Below are positions 51,110 through 64,000 of a stretch of DNA of 64,000 nucleotides, one piece after another. The notes below the pieces were generated by a model, which was not told where the DNA came from, searched no databases, and saw nothing but the letters and a program-made list of their open reading frames with translations. The position numbers were made by a program, and so were the translations under genes. Origin of the DNA: Octopus sinensis (Eukaryota); assembly GCF_006345805.1 (NCBI RefSeq), contig NW_021833473.1, positions 62,001-126,000 of the forward strand, in the 5' to 3' direction. Within the stretch, counting starts at the first letter, position 1; every line of letters begins with the position of its first letter.

Positions 51110-51645
51110 TACTCTTTTACTCTTTTACTTGTTTCTGTCATTTGACTGCAGCCATGCTGGAGCACCGCCTCTAGTCGAGCAAATCGACCCCAGAACTTAT
51201 TCTTTGTAAGCCTAGTACTTATTCTATCGGTCGCTTTTGCTGAACCGCTATGTTACTGGGACGTAAACACACCAACATCGGTTGTCAAGCGATGTTGGGG
51301 GACAAACACAGACACACATACGTGCAGGCATACATACAGACAGAGATGCAGCACGGAATCTTGTCAATGAACAGGTCGCGGTCTCAAAGCGACGAAAATA
51401 TTTTGACAAATTAAATTTTGAAGTGAATCTAACGGTTTATATGTGTTTCTTAAATGGCTTATAAGCACCTTCCACGCTGCAATTGTTATATATATACGAC
51501 GGGCTTCTTCCAGTTTCCGTCTAACTCACAAAACATTGGTCGGCTCGTGGCTATAGTAGAAGACACTTGCCCAAGATGCCACGCAGTGGGACTGAACCCG
51601 AAACCATGTGGTACGTAAGCAAGCTACTTACCACACAGCCACTTC
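51110..51645 (-). mobile_element. Same CORE-like SINE with an internal insertion
   Basis: Head at 51490-51645 and tail at 51110-51310. Confidence 0.75.
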
Positions 51646-52275
51646 ATGTTCATTTATAATAAGAAACAATTTAAAGTTTATTACGATGAATTACTGTATA
51701 CTTTTGAAGAATACAAACGTATTAATCTTAAGCAAGAATATTATTGACAGTGACTTCAAAGTTCCAGTGAGCTAAGCCATCATCGAACTGATATTTAAAT
51801 ATACAGTAGTGGAGACAAAATTAGGGAACAAGAATAAAAAGGAAAAATATTTACATTTCTACTTCATTTTCCCGAATGGAATTTTTACCGTACATGTTCA
51901 ATATTTACAATAAATTTTGTAGGAAGTTAATAGTTATCGCCAAGCTAATAATCAGTTTAATATTTATTGATATTTTGGTCAACTATATTATTGAGTAAAA
52001 TATTAAATCTATAGATACTACATATATATTGATAATATAGTTAGTTTATCTAATAGGTGTGTATATATTTAAACCATTTCCTATTATTAATTCGAATATT
52101 TATAGCTTGTACTAACATTATGTATGTTACTTAACATTAAGGTTTTTAATATAAATTACTTAATGCGTATAAGATTTTATTTAGATGTTTATTAAATAAT
52201 TAAATTAATTAATAATTTAATTTAATATATATAGATTAAATTATAGTATTTAGTTTTCACTTAATGTATATTTTG

Positions 52276-52311
<36 letters not shown>

Positions 52312-52736
52312 TTTAAATATTTTAATTAATTGTATCTTTTTTATTCTATTTTTTTTTTATTTAAACAAGAATATATTTGTTAAGATATTTCGTGTTTTAC
52401 AAGATTATTTACGTATATTTATTAATTTATCTAATTAATTATTTTATTGTTTTTATCTTTAATCTGAAGAGTGGCAATATTTATATTGAAGTGATTTTAC
52501 TATTATTATTATTACTATTATCATTTCTTAAATATAGCTACGAAATACGTGTCGTTATTCTACCAAATATATACGTTGAATTTACTATTTTGCACATTAC
52601 TTAATCATTGCTATATGTTTTATCTTATATTTAATCTTTCTATAATATGTAATTTTTCTAAATGGTATAATTTAATTTTTCATTATTGAATTGATAAAAG
52701 GTGGATTTTTTCCTAATTTATATATATATATACATA

Positions 52737-53976
52737 CAGACATAACCGAAGTAAATAGACACCACATAAAACATCGTTTTGTATTTATTCTAACTTGTAA
52801 AGGTTTATATTTTTTATTGATTGGCATTTTTATGTTTCAGGTTCTATATGTGACTGTTTAATCATGCCATATACAAAAGAAGCCTTGGAACTGTCTGAAT
52901 TTCAAAGAGGCCGTATTGTGGGTCATTCTGAAGGTGGATGTAGTGTAACATCGTAGAAAACCTTGGGATCCTACTTTCTACAGTTAATAGAGGGACTGTG
53001 CAATTGACCAGATAGATGAAAGAGTCCACATCACCTTGTCCAGATCAACCAGGGACCTCTGACAGGACCCTTCACTTTGCTAAGAGAACTGTGGAGGACA
53101 GTCCTCGTTGTAAGACCTTTGACATAGCAGAACAAGTGGGTATCAGTCCCAGAACAGCTGTCAGGTATCTCCACAAACTTGGTTACTATGGTAGAGCAGG
53201 AAGAAGGAAACCACATCTTTGATCAGCTAATATGAAGCAGAGAAAAGATTGGGCCAGTGAGATGGTGGAGAGGCCTTTTGGGACATTATCATATTCTCCA
53301 ATGATTCCAGATTTGCTGTATTTTCTGACAGTGGTCAAGTGTTGGTCTGGAGATTCTGTGATCAAGAATTTGGTGTGGAAAGATTGCAGCCAACAATGAA
53401 ACATGGCAGCTATACTGTGGTTGTCTGGGGAGCAATTTTGAGCAATGGTTGGTTGATCAGAGCTGGTGGAAGTAAGAAAAACATAAACTCCGATAAATAT
53501 ATGTCCATATTGCAGAAAGGACACTTTCCAATCTTCTCAAATGGTGAAATGATTAAAGAAGACTCTTTATTTATGGAAGATGGGGCTCTTTGTCACACGC
53601 CTAAAATGACCCAAGATTTGTTGGATGAAAAAGGTATTAAAAGGCTTCCACGGCCAAGCCAGTTACCAGATATGAACCCTATTGAACAGCACTGGAGAAT
53701 AATGGACAGGACACTTCATAAAAGGAACAAGAAAGCATCTTCAAAGCCAGATCTTTTGAGATTACTGCATCAAAATTGGCAAGAAATTCTTCAAGAGAAT
53801 ATTCATCATCTGATCATTAATATGCCTAATAGAGTCTTTGCATTGAAAAATGCAAAGGGCACGTCTATTAAATATTTAATATTCACATTATAACAATTAA
53901 TAATTTGAATGTATAATTTCAGATTTATATAAATTTTAATGATTATAAGGGTGTCCATTTACTTCTGTTATGCCTG
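52737..53976 (+). mobile_element. Near full-length degenerate Tc1-family transposon (DD34E)
   Basis: About 27-bp imperfect TIRs (CAGACATAACCGAAGTAAATAGACACC / GGTGTCCATTTACTTCTGTTATGCCTG); ATG at 52864 (MPYTKEALELSEFQRGRIVG); ORF 53339..53893 has EDGA..34 aa..NPIE; frameshifted. Confidence 0.92.
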
Positions 53977-54220
53977 TGAATATGTGTGGGTGTGGGTGTA
54001 TATATATGTATATATATATATATATATATGATAGATCGTTAGCTCCTACACGCATTTTTTTCTCTCCTTGTTTCTCTCCTTGTTTTTTCTGTGTATCTTT
54101 CTGTCGAAGAGCGTAGGCTCGAAACGTAAAAGACTTTTTTCTATTCCTGAGTGCCATACTAATACATTTGTCTGTTTGTACTCTGCCTTCGCCTTTTGTT
54201 TATTTTCGTAAACCTTCGCG

Positions 54221-54257
<37 letters not shown>

Positions 54258-54469
54258 TACACACAACACACATACACATACACATATATAGAAACATAAA
54301 CAATATGAGAGATTACTATATGGATCCTTTGTATGCTAAAAATAGACGTCAAATCGTCTTGCCACTAAATCTGTGTTCTCAAATTAGTAACACGCTTGAT
54401 GTTTACGAGCTAGACAAATGAAAAGAATAAACATAGCACTTAATTCCACACACAAACACACACACACAC

Positions 54470-54477
54470 ACACACAC

Positions 54478-54511
<34 letters not shown>

Positions 54512-54518
54512 ATATATC

Positions 54519-54549
<31 letters not shown>

Positions 54550-54740
54550 ATGTACGTGTGTTTGTGTAGATACATAAACATAGATCCATGCGCATATACA
54601 TACATGCATACTTATATACATAACTACACACACACATTTACAGACATACATACATACATACTTACATACACACACACATACATACATACATACATACATA
54701 CATACATACATACATACATACATACATACATACATACATA
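54470..54740. repeat. (TA)n/(TACA)n microsatellite
   Basis: Direct inspection. Confidence 0.95.
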
Positions 54741-54890
54741 CCTGTTCATGGATACCCAATGACTAAATGAAATAAGAAGATCACTCGCAATAGTTAAGTC
54801 GTCTTAGTTTTACTCGCCACTGGATATTTGACAATGGATTTTCATGAAATTGCACACCGCTCGTGAAGCATATGTAACTATAACGTACCG

Positions 54891-54930
<40 letters not shown>

Positions 54931-55251
54931 CACCGTGATCACCGTGACCGACCAGGCTATCAGATGTTGCTACAGATCGCTGGTCACGATGCGCTTCGCA
55001 TTGTTTTAGCCTTGAAATGACGCCACCTGGCTGGCTAAGCGAGCAGGCTAACAGAAGAAAGAGTGAGAGAAAGTTGAGGCGAAAGAGTACAGCAGGGATC
55101 GCCACCACCCCCTGCCGGAGCCTAGTGGAGCTTTAGGTGTTTTCGCTCAATAAACACTCACAACGCCGGTCTGGGAGTCGAAACCGCGACGCTACGACCG
55201 CGAGTCCGCTACCCTAACCACTGGGCCATTGCACCTCCACACACACGCGCG

Positions 55252-55294
<43 letters not shown>

Positions 55295-55799
55295 GTATTT
55301 GTATGCATGTACATATATGTGTGCATATATTGAGACCCCCTTCGGTCATGACTGACCATGGGATTGCACCTAGAAAGTTGCCCTCCCAGACACAAGTCCG
55401 GGCAAGGTTCTTTATGGAGTCCAGCAGTCGTCCATGCATACCGGCTCCCCCCCCCAGCAGTGTCTACAAGCCACCCTAAGTTTCTTTTCTTTTAAATACA
55501 AGGCTGAATGCGAGAGAATGGGCAAGAAGATTGACAAAATTTCTGTATCTTAAGATTTCGTTTTTTTTTTTGTAATAAAAATTATTTTACACGCTTGAGT
55601 AGAAGTACATCGGCAATATATGAGAAATACATATACATATCAATAAATTTCTGCGTACAGATACCAATATATACATGCGTTTCCCGTGTATACATTATAA
55701 TCTAATCGCCCATCTCAGAAATGTGGTTAATGCCAGAAATAGTGCCGGAGTGAATATAATGAGAAAATATTATGACTAGAGAACTCAAAATTATATATA

Positions 55800-56311
55800 C
55801 CGTTAATCCTCAAGTATAATCTGCACTTTTTTCCCAAATTTTAAAGGTCAAAATCCCTAGTGCGTTCTATATTCGAGGTTAAAAATGAAAATTATTTTCT
55901 AAGCAATGTCCGAGTCTGTATTTGCTGTCTGGCTATGTTTATTCAGACGCATTTTGTAATGTCGGGCGCGAAAATACATTAAGCTAAGCATGAAATCAAT
56001 GAAGTCATAAAAGAATCATCCATAACTTGCAGTAAGCAACATTTATTAAACATTATTACTGTTATTGCGTTATTTTCTGCAAACAAAATGCACAAAAAAG
56101 CTACACGTTTGCATTATGTGATATATACAATAATAATAAAGGACGTTACCGTATACAGTTTTACAAACCAAGGACGTTATATAGACCTCCTTGACTCAAG
56201 TTAGAGAAGGGGTGCGTATTATACACAAGGTTTAGGTCTTTCAGGGGTACAGCACCTAATAAACACCCTGCGTATTATACTCATGGGCTGACTATACTCG
56301 AGGATTTACGG
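55800..56311. mobile_element. Tc1/pogo-like MITE with TA target
   Basis: TA|CCGTTAATCCTCAAGTATA...TATACTCGAGGATTTACGG|TA. Confidence 0.75.
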
Positions 56312-56465
56312 TACGTATAAATTAAGGGTATACTCATTAAGATGATAATATCAGTAGCTAGCGTATAAAAACCACGATATCGATAAACGCCAATACTCTA
56401 GAAGTAGATGTCAAATATCAACAAACTATTCTAAGTTTGTTGTCTTTTTAACACAGGCACACCCA

Positions 56466-56506
<41 letters not shown>

Positions 56507-56694
56507 ACACAGACACACACACACACACACATACGCACACATACACATATACATACAGGCATATATACAGTCGTCCCATATTAGATATCTGTACATCGGT
56601 GGCTTATAGTTACATACATTTGACGACTAGTTTTTCAAGTTTCTTAGTGTTCATTGTTAAATATCCAGTGACACGTAAGTACAAAGTGATTATG

Positions 56695-57354
56695 TTGTTT
56701 GTCCGTCGATGCAACGAACACCATCTGGTCATCCCGAGGTGGGGTGGGCTTGTTTTGTAAGTCTGCAGATGGCAAGTGAAGCCAATCTGCGCCTGAAAGA
56801 GTTTTTGACAGCGTGGACAGGGAATGGTAACGCCTGCTACAGTGTTGTTAGCTCTGTTCTTCCTGGCTTGTCTGCGGTTTTCTGCAGCAGCGATCCTATT
56901 GGTCTCGCATGTGTTGGCACCCTTGTGGACAGCTGATCGCCACCCTTCTCTGTCTGGAGCAGACTGCTCCCAAGTGTCATGGTCGATGTTGAAGGCTTTC
57001 AGTGAGGCTTTCAGTGTGTCCTTAAAGCACTTCTTCTGGCCGCCTTGTGAGCGCTTTCCCTTTTGCAGCTCGCCAAAGAGCAACCTTTTTGGTAATCGAT
57101 CGTCTGCCCAGCGAAGCTAAGACTGCATCAAAATGGTATGGATGCTGGGCAGGTTAGCACGTAATAGTACCTCGGTGTCCGGGATCCTGCCCTGCCACTT
57201 TATGCCGATAAGTTTTCTGAGGCGTATTGTATGAAAGTGGTTCAGCTTCCTGGCATGACGCTGGTAGACCGTCCAGGACTCGCAGCCGTAAAGCAGCGTT
57301 GTGAGAACAACAGCCCTGTACACCGTGATCTTTGTCATGATAGTGATCCCCATC
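56695..57354 (-). mobile_element. 3' end of an RTE-clade non-LTR retrotransposon
   Basis: TKITVYRAVVLTTLLYGCESW, LFGELQKGKRSQGGQKK and a terminal CPRC..H zinc-finger-like motif; one in-frame stop. Confidence 0.9.
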
Positions 57355-57541
57355 TTGTCACAGACAGTGATTATACTGTTTCGTAGACTATGATCTTGCC
57401 AAAGTATTAGAATGTCTGTTAGAGGGTACATTTGAGCAAAAAAGTTAATGCTCTTGTAAGTAAGGCATTCAGTTTGGAGAAAGATCCTTTCAGAACAGAA
57501 GACAGACCGGTTATCACGACAATCAAAAAGCAGCACAGCAG

Positions 57542-57581
<40 letters not shown>

Positions 57582-57622
57582 GAGAGAGAAAGAGAGAGAA
57601 AGAAAGAGAGAGAGAGAGAGAG

Positions 57623-57653
<31 letters not shown>

Positions 57654-57689
57654 TGCATTACCTGAAAGAAAAAAATCAAGTCCCCCAAT

Positions 57690-59200
57690 GTGCAGTAAAA
57701 GAAAGCTCCTGCCGAAAAAAAGTAAGGCAGACATCAGGGACTGGACATGTCAGGTCCAAGAACATATGAGCAGGCTTAGAAGGGCAGAAAGCAGCCGGAA
57801 GCAGAGGAAAGTGAGGGGGATTAAACGGGTGCAACTTATCAAAACTAGTTTAGGCTCACTCGAATACTGTTGGGTTAAACAAAATCAAGGAAACTGATCA
57901 GCCCCTAAGAAGATATAGAAACGTTTCTGAGGGAGATCCCAAATATCGGTAGAGCTGAATTAGCAGAAAACAAGCTTATCATCCTGGAAAACTTCCCACC
58001 CTGGAAAAAAGTGAAAGAGGTAGTGAACAAGGCCAGATCAGGATCAACCTCTGGCCCAAATGGTATAACTTATAAAGTATACAAGAAATGTCCACGGCAT
58101 CTTTGGCGGCTGCGGAGGCTGTTCCGAAAGATCTAGACAAAGAGGATCATTCCACCATGATGGATGAAAGCAGAAGGATGTTTCATGCTGGATAGTGGGA
58201 ATGGGGGACTCCTCAGCCATCACTCAATTCAAGACTATATCACTCCTGAGTGTTTAGGAGAAAATCTTTTTTTTTTCAGTATTAGCCAAAAGAATGACTT
58301 CCCACATGACAATGGATTCATAAAGACATCTCTCCAGAAAGGTGGATTTCTCAGGATGCCAGGAACACACCGGAGTTTTCAATCAGTTGATCTATGGGGC
58401 CAAGAGAAGCAAAAGCGACTTGATAGTGGTCTGGCTCAATCTGGCAAAAGCGTATGGATCAATTCCTCATGCCCACATAGTTGCAGCCCTTGACTATTAT
58501 CATAACCTTCCGCACATCGAGGGAATAATCACCGGCTACTTTGGAGGCATCCAGTTACGTTTTAAAACAACCCGCTTTACACCTTGATGGCAGGACCTGG
58601 AGAAAGCAATCATAACTGGTTGCACAATTTCCCTTATCTCTTTCACCATGGGAATGAATCTCCTCATATCAGCTGCTGATAAAGAAGGCCAAGAGCCAAC
58701 AATAGAGACAGGCATTCAATAAGGGTTTTCATGGATGATCTTACAGCAACAACCACAACCCATGTGGAGGCGGAAAGGGTGCTGACTTCACTTGAAAATG
58801 TAGCAACATGGTCTGGAATGAAGTTTAAGCTCAAGAAATCAAAGAGTAAGGTGATCAGGAGAGGCAAATTAAGAAACAAAATCAGACCTACTAATTGAAA
58901 CGCGCCAAGTATGAGGGCTTTCTGCAGGATTGCAAGGACAACAGTTATGGCTTTTACCAGTCGATATTGGCTGTAGGGGGTTCTCTGCCCAGTCGGTATG
59001 GAGGAAGCTTACAGCCATTGGCATGAGAGGAAAGAACGAAGGGTGGCTGTGTGTAGGACGGGAGAGACAGCAGAAGGCACCTATTGGTGGTTATAGAGCA
59101 AGACAGAGGAGTTAAACTGGAAGCCAAGAGGAGATGAAGAGCAGTGGTTGGCAACCTCTGCTGATGGGTGGCTGTTATCGTTGAGGGTTGAAACACTAAG
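57690..59200 (+). mobile_element. Degenerate RLE-type (R2 superfamily, HERO-like) non-LTR retrotransposon, internally deleted
   Basis: Broken frames give GPNGITYKVYKKCP, KAEGCF, EHTGV, VWLNLAKAYGSIPH, GFMDDL and the RLE-end motif PVDIGCRGF. The HERO assignment is from recalled motifs. Confidence 0.75.
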
Positions 59201-59256
59201 CTCAAAATTATTATTTACAGAATGTTCACCCTTCACCGTCTCTCAATTTACCACAG

Positions 59257-59299
<43 letters not shown>

Positions 59300-59377
59300 T
59301 CAAATTATTTCAGCTGTCAACGGAAAGCGCGTTTAAGAGTTGATCTGGTGAGAATTTACCCAACGAGCAGAAGTCAA

Positions 59378-59995
59378 TATTCTTTTCTACTCTAGGCACA
59401 AGGCTCGAAAGTTTTGGGGAGGGGGGCCAGTCGATTATATCGACCCCAGTACGCAACTGGTACTTAAGTTATCGACTCCGAAAGGATGAAAGGTAAAGTC
59501 GAACTCGGCGGAAATTGAATTCAGAACGTAGCGGCAGACGAAATACCTATTTCTTTACTACCCACAAGGGGCTAAACACAGAGGGGACAAACAAGGACAG
59601 ACAAACGGGTTAGGTCGATTTCATCGTCTCCAGTGCGTAACTGGTACTTATTTAATCGATCCCGAAAGGATGAAAGGCAAACTCGACCTTGGTGGAATTT
59701 GAACTCAGAACGTAACGGCAGACGAAATACCGCTCAGCATTTCGCTAGGCGTACTAACGTTTCTTATTTCTTTACTACCCACAAGGGGCTAAACATAGAG
59801 AGGACAAAGAAGGACAGACATAGGTATTAAGTCGATTACATCGACCCCAGTGCGTAACTGGTACTTAATTTATCGACCCCGAAAGGATGAAAGGCATAGT
59901 CGACCTCAGCGGAATTAGAACTCTGAACGTAGAGACAGACGAAATACAGCAAAGCATTTCGCCTTGCATGCTAACGTTTCTGCCAGCTCACTGCC
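59378..59995 (-). mobile_element. Same SINE family, about 3 bodies
   Basis: As above, reverse orientation. Confidence 0.8.
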
Positions 59996-60703
59996 TTCAA
60001 AGTACTCTTTATCGGTTATATATATTTCTATATTAATTACCTACAGAAAAATAGCAGCAAATTTCATCCTTTCGGAGTCGATAAAATCAGTGCCAATTAA
60101 GTGCTGGGGACAATGAAATCGACGTGCCCACTCCCCAAAATTGCTGGTCTTGTGCAAAAACTTGAGACCAATATTATAAAGATGGATGAGGTAAAAGTGA
60201 AACACCACCATACAATGGACAAGGTATTTAATGTTATCTGTGTGAGCTGACTTCCTAAGTTACCCAAGTTCATTGCCGTCGAGTGGTTTGCCCTATCACA
60301 GGTAACCGAGCGATATTACATCGCACTGTGATAAGGTGGCGCCACAGATTGATTTACCTTCATTTGTTCTCATTAACCAAACGTGAAATACAATCTCATT
60401 TACTCGCATGACTTATGCTAGATATCAAGGTTGTACAAAAAGTATACTTCTGGGAAATCAGTACAGCGACGTGATTTGAATGATATGCGAGTATCGATGA
60501 TTGCTGAGAACAGTATCTTATATCTCCTATAAAGCCTGTGTCGAGCGATGTGTGTGTGTGTGTGTGTGGTTTCTGATGAAGAGCTCCACTCGAAACGTGA
60601 AATCCTCTTTCTTTTCTTGCCTTTCCTGAGCGTCCAATAACACAGTACTTGTTCCACATCCTCCCGTTGTTGTTTTCTTCTTGCTTGCTCTTGTTTGGAT
60701 TGA

Positions 60704-60707
<4 letters not shown>

Positions 60708-60774
<67 letters not shown>

Positions 60775-60784
60775 TAGATAGATA

Positions 60785-60815
<31 letters not shown>

Positions 60816-60850
60816 TAGATAGATAGATAGATAGATAGATAGGTAGGTAG
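60708..60850. repeat. (TA)n(GATA)n microsatellite
   Basis: Direct inspection. Confidence 0.95.
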
Positions 60851-61498
60851 GAAAGTGGATTTGAAAATGCAGATGGCTTTTAAAGATGTTTATTGACTTG
60901 ACCGGTTTCACAATTTTTAAAAAATGATTTTCAAAAGTAAAACGTAAGGCTTTGTGTAGCATTTGTTGCGTTAAAAAAAATGGTTGTCATAGATGTATTA
61001 AAATACAGTGATAGGGTCTTCGACAGTGATAAGAGAATGTTAAGAAATAGAATCTTTGACAATGATTAGTAAAATAAATTCATAATTATTTACAAGTTCA
61101 ATTGAGGGATCTCAGCAGAAGACAGATACCACTTAGTGGTCATTCAGATCTCTGTGCACAAAATAAGCTCCCCAAATTTCTAGTTTTCCCTCTGTACCAA
61201 TACCCAGTCAGTACCACTGACCAAACACGGATATAAAAGGAAAATATTCTTATTCAAAAATACAGACAGCAACTCAACACTCTCTAACATCTAAAAAAAT
61301 ATACTTAGACTGCCGACAGAAAAAACACAATACCCTATCCCGCAGGTACACATCCACAACAAACACACACAGACACATACACAAATACAATGCAATTCCC
61401 CCAAATACACACATGCACAAACACAATATTTCCACGCTCGACCACAAACCAGACATATTCCAAGAAAAAACACACGATTCTAGCAGTCACAACCAACA

Positions 61499-61546
<48 letters not shown>

Positions 61547-61919
61547 TATATATATATAAACACGTACATGCACACACTTACACACACCGCCCTGACAATG
61601 ACAAGACACACTCACACATACACATACACACAAACACACAAGTACAACTCCCGCCCACATATATATATATATACACATACACACACACGCACAAATACAA
61701 TATGCCCATTCTCCAGTGAAAACACACACACACACACACTCCAAGAAAAACACACACATACACTCAATACAATCCCAACAATCACAGCAAACACTCACAG
61801 AAACACATACACACATATACACACACAAGCACGTACACGCACATAATAACATATACTACCCTGTCCCAGACAGCTTTAGATACTTCATTCTGGACGGACT
61901 TCATTCTGACAGAATCTGT

Positions 61920-62461
61920 TGCTTCCACGATACCAGAATGACACAAGCTCGAAACGGGAATTATCACCGGATGTATCATTTCAGCAACCTTTTCACCCTT
62001 GCATTAATCGTGTTGTTAAAGTTAGCAGAAGACCAGTGTAGACAACTAAAAATTGATGAGTTCAAACTTCATAGTATATGTCCTTTTGTTTTGTAACTGA
62101 TTACGATGTGGTTTCATGTGAATTTGCTTGGAATTTACTAAAAGGGTGACCAACTACACAGTTACAGAACTGATAGAATTTGTTCAAACTTGCTTCCACG
62201 ATACCAGAATGACACAAGCTCGAAACGGGAATTATCACTGGATGTATCATTTCAGCAACCTTTTCACCCTTGCAATGATCGTGTCGTTAAGTTAGCAGAA
62301 GACCAGTGTAGACAACTACAAATTGATGAGTTGAAACTTCATAGTATATGTCCTTTTGTTTTGTAACTGATTACGATGTGGTGTCATGTAAATTTGCTTG
62401 GAATTTACTAAAAGGGTGACCAACTACACAGTTTCAGAACTACTGGAATTTGTTCAAACTG
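61920..62461. repeat. 271-bp tandem duplication (2 copies)
   Basis: gcttccacgataccagaatg at 61921 and 62192. Confidence 0.93.
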
Positions 62462-63733
62462 AGAATCAACCGTATCGATCTCTCTAGTCAATTTAGGTCA
62501 TGTAAAACGTAATCCATACATTTCTTCCTTGCCTGATAAGTTCATAATAAAATAGAAACCATAATTACCACCCGTTGACGAGGGACAAAAATCCCGAAAC
62601 TAGTTCGAGCGTATCACTCAGGCTTGCGAGGAAGGGATGGCCTCCCTTTGCAAATACTCCAAGGGCACTGATATTGTGTCTAAAGCCAGCTAGAGACGAC
62701 GATCTCTTGGGGCTATAAAGCTACAGTAACACCCCCTCCCCAATGTGGTTAGCCATGATAAGATGGCTTCTATACTTTACAAAATAGAAACCGTTGTTTC
62801 AATAATATCATATGGGCCTAAAATGAGTGTAATTTTTAGAAGAAAAAGATAAAAGAATTGAAGCTGTTGAACATACTGCTGTCGTCTATGCGTTAGTCAT
62901 GCATGGACTGGTTTATGCACAAGGAAATTATTTTGGCAAGATACAATTCCACTCGGAAAAATTTGCGACGGCGCTAGTGTAAATTTACTGTTAAAACTGC
63001 TGTTCACACCAATAGATATATTGCCGCGAATAAGGCAAGTAACATCACTAATTTCCCTGGACCTTACTATTTCATCTTTCGCTCGCTAACACACTTCACG
63101 CAGCCGTTGCTCATCACAAAATAGAAGTCCGTAACTATACATCATTGACTTCTCGTAATTCTGAGAAATAGCAAATGTAATAATTTGATATGGGCCTCAA
63201 AAATGAGAGTAATTTCCAGTAGTAGTTACTTGCATTCAAGTATCTTAACTTGACCTGAAAAATACATAACAAAAAGATAAAGAATCTAGTAGCCGAATAT
63301 GCAGTCATGTGTATGGTATGCATGAACTGATACATGCAATAAAGACGGCATTTTATCAAGATAAATATCAGTTTCAATAAAGTAACCCTCTCATGTTAAT
63401 GAAGGAGCTGGTATAAAGTTACGACTAAAAAAAGTAGTTCGTGCAAATAGATATATTGCCGTGAATAAGGCAAGTTGTATCACTAACCATCCTGGATCGT
63501 CATCTTTCTCTCGCTAAATACACTTCACGAAGCAGCAACTCTTCACAAATATGGAAGTCAGTAAGTATATTTTATTGGCTTTTCGTAATTATATATATAT
63601 TGCCTACAATATTTTTGACGGTTCTATGACTCTTTGTTTTTGCAAATACACATCTACAATTCGCTGGATAATGTGTTACTAGACTTCCAAATGTCTCTTC
63701 CACCAGTTCATGGAAGTCTAGTTGAGTTCCGGA

Positions 63734-63735
<2 letters not shown>

Positions 63736-63822
<87 letters not shown>

Positions 63823-63845
63823 ATGTGTGTGTGTATGTGTGATGT
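63736..63845. repeat. (TA)n(TG)n microsatellite
   Basis: Direct inspection. Confidence 0.95.
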
Positions 63846-63846
63846 A

Positions 63847-64000
63847 TAGCCAATATAAAACTCTGAGTTTCCGATGCCGAAGTGGAAATGCACAACACCA
63901 TCTCTTCGGTTATCTGGCCATCTGAAAAACCAGATAACCGAAGAGATGGTGTTGTGGATTTCCACCTCAGCATCCGAAACTCAGAGTTTTATCTTGGCTA
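63847..64000. repeat. 154-bp palindrome (71-bp arms, 12-nt loop)
   Basis: Arms 63847-63917 and 63930-64000 differ at 5 positions. Confidence 0.93.

Overview
AT-rich, microsatellite- and SINE-dense eukaryotic DNA whose repeat landscape looks like a coleoid cephalopod, probably Octopus (inference). One complete protein-coding gene is present on the minus strand: CCT7 (TCP-1 eta chaperonin), 12 coding exons from 41172 to 13638, 1620 nt, 539 aa, all GT-AG junctions in frame. Its largest intron (17133-24621) holds an about 5.4 kb tandem array of H/ACA snoRNA genes. Four 181-nt copies are U19/SNORA74-like, with pockets that match LSU rRNA helix 69. Three 139-nt copies are two-hairpin paralogues with altered guide pockets, and further conserved unexplained segments lie between them. 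Another intron carries a mariner relic in which the WVP(H/R)-linker coding segment has been amplified into a 14 x 65 bp minisatellite. The flanks contain SINE families, Tc1, RTE, HERO-like and CR1/L2-like relics, Helitron-, piggyBac-, pogo- and Kolobok-like MITEs, fold-back elements, two degenerate minimal hammerhead ribozymes and a 154-bp palindrome. Nearly all supplied ORFs are microsatellite or repeat artefacts. Exon and snoRNA coordinates were counted by hand; repeat boundaries are approximate.
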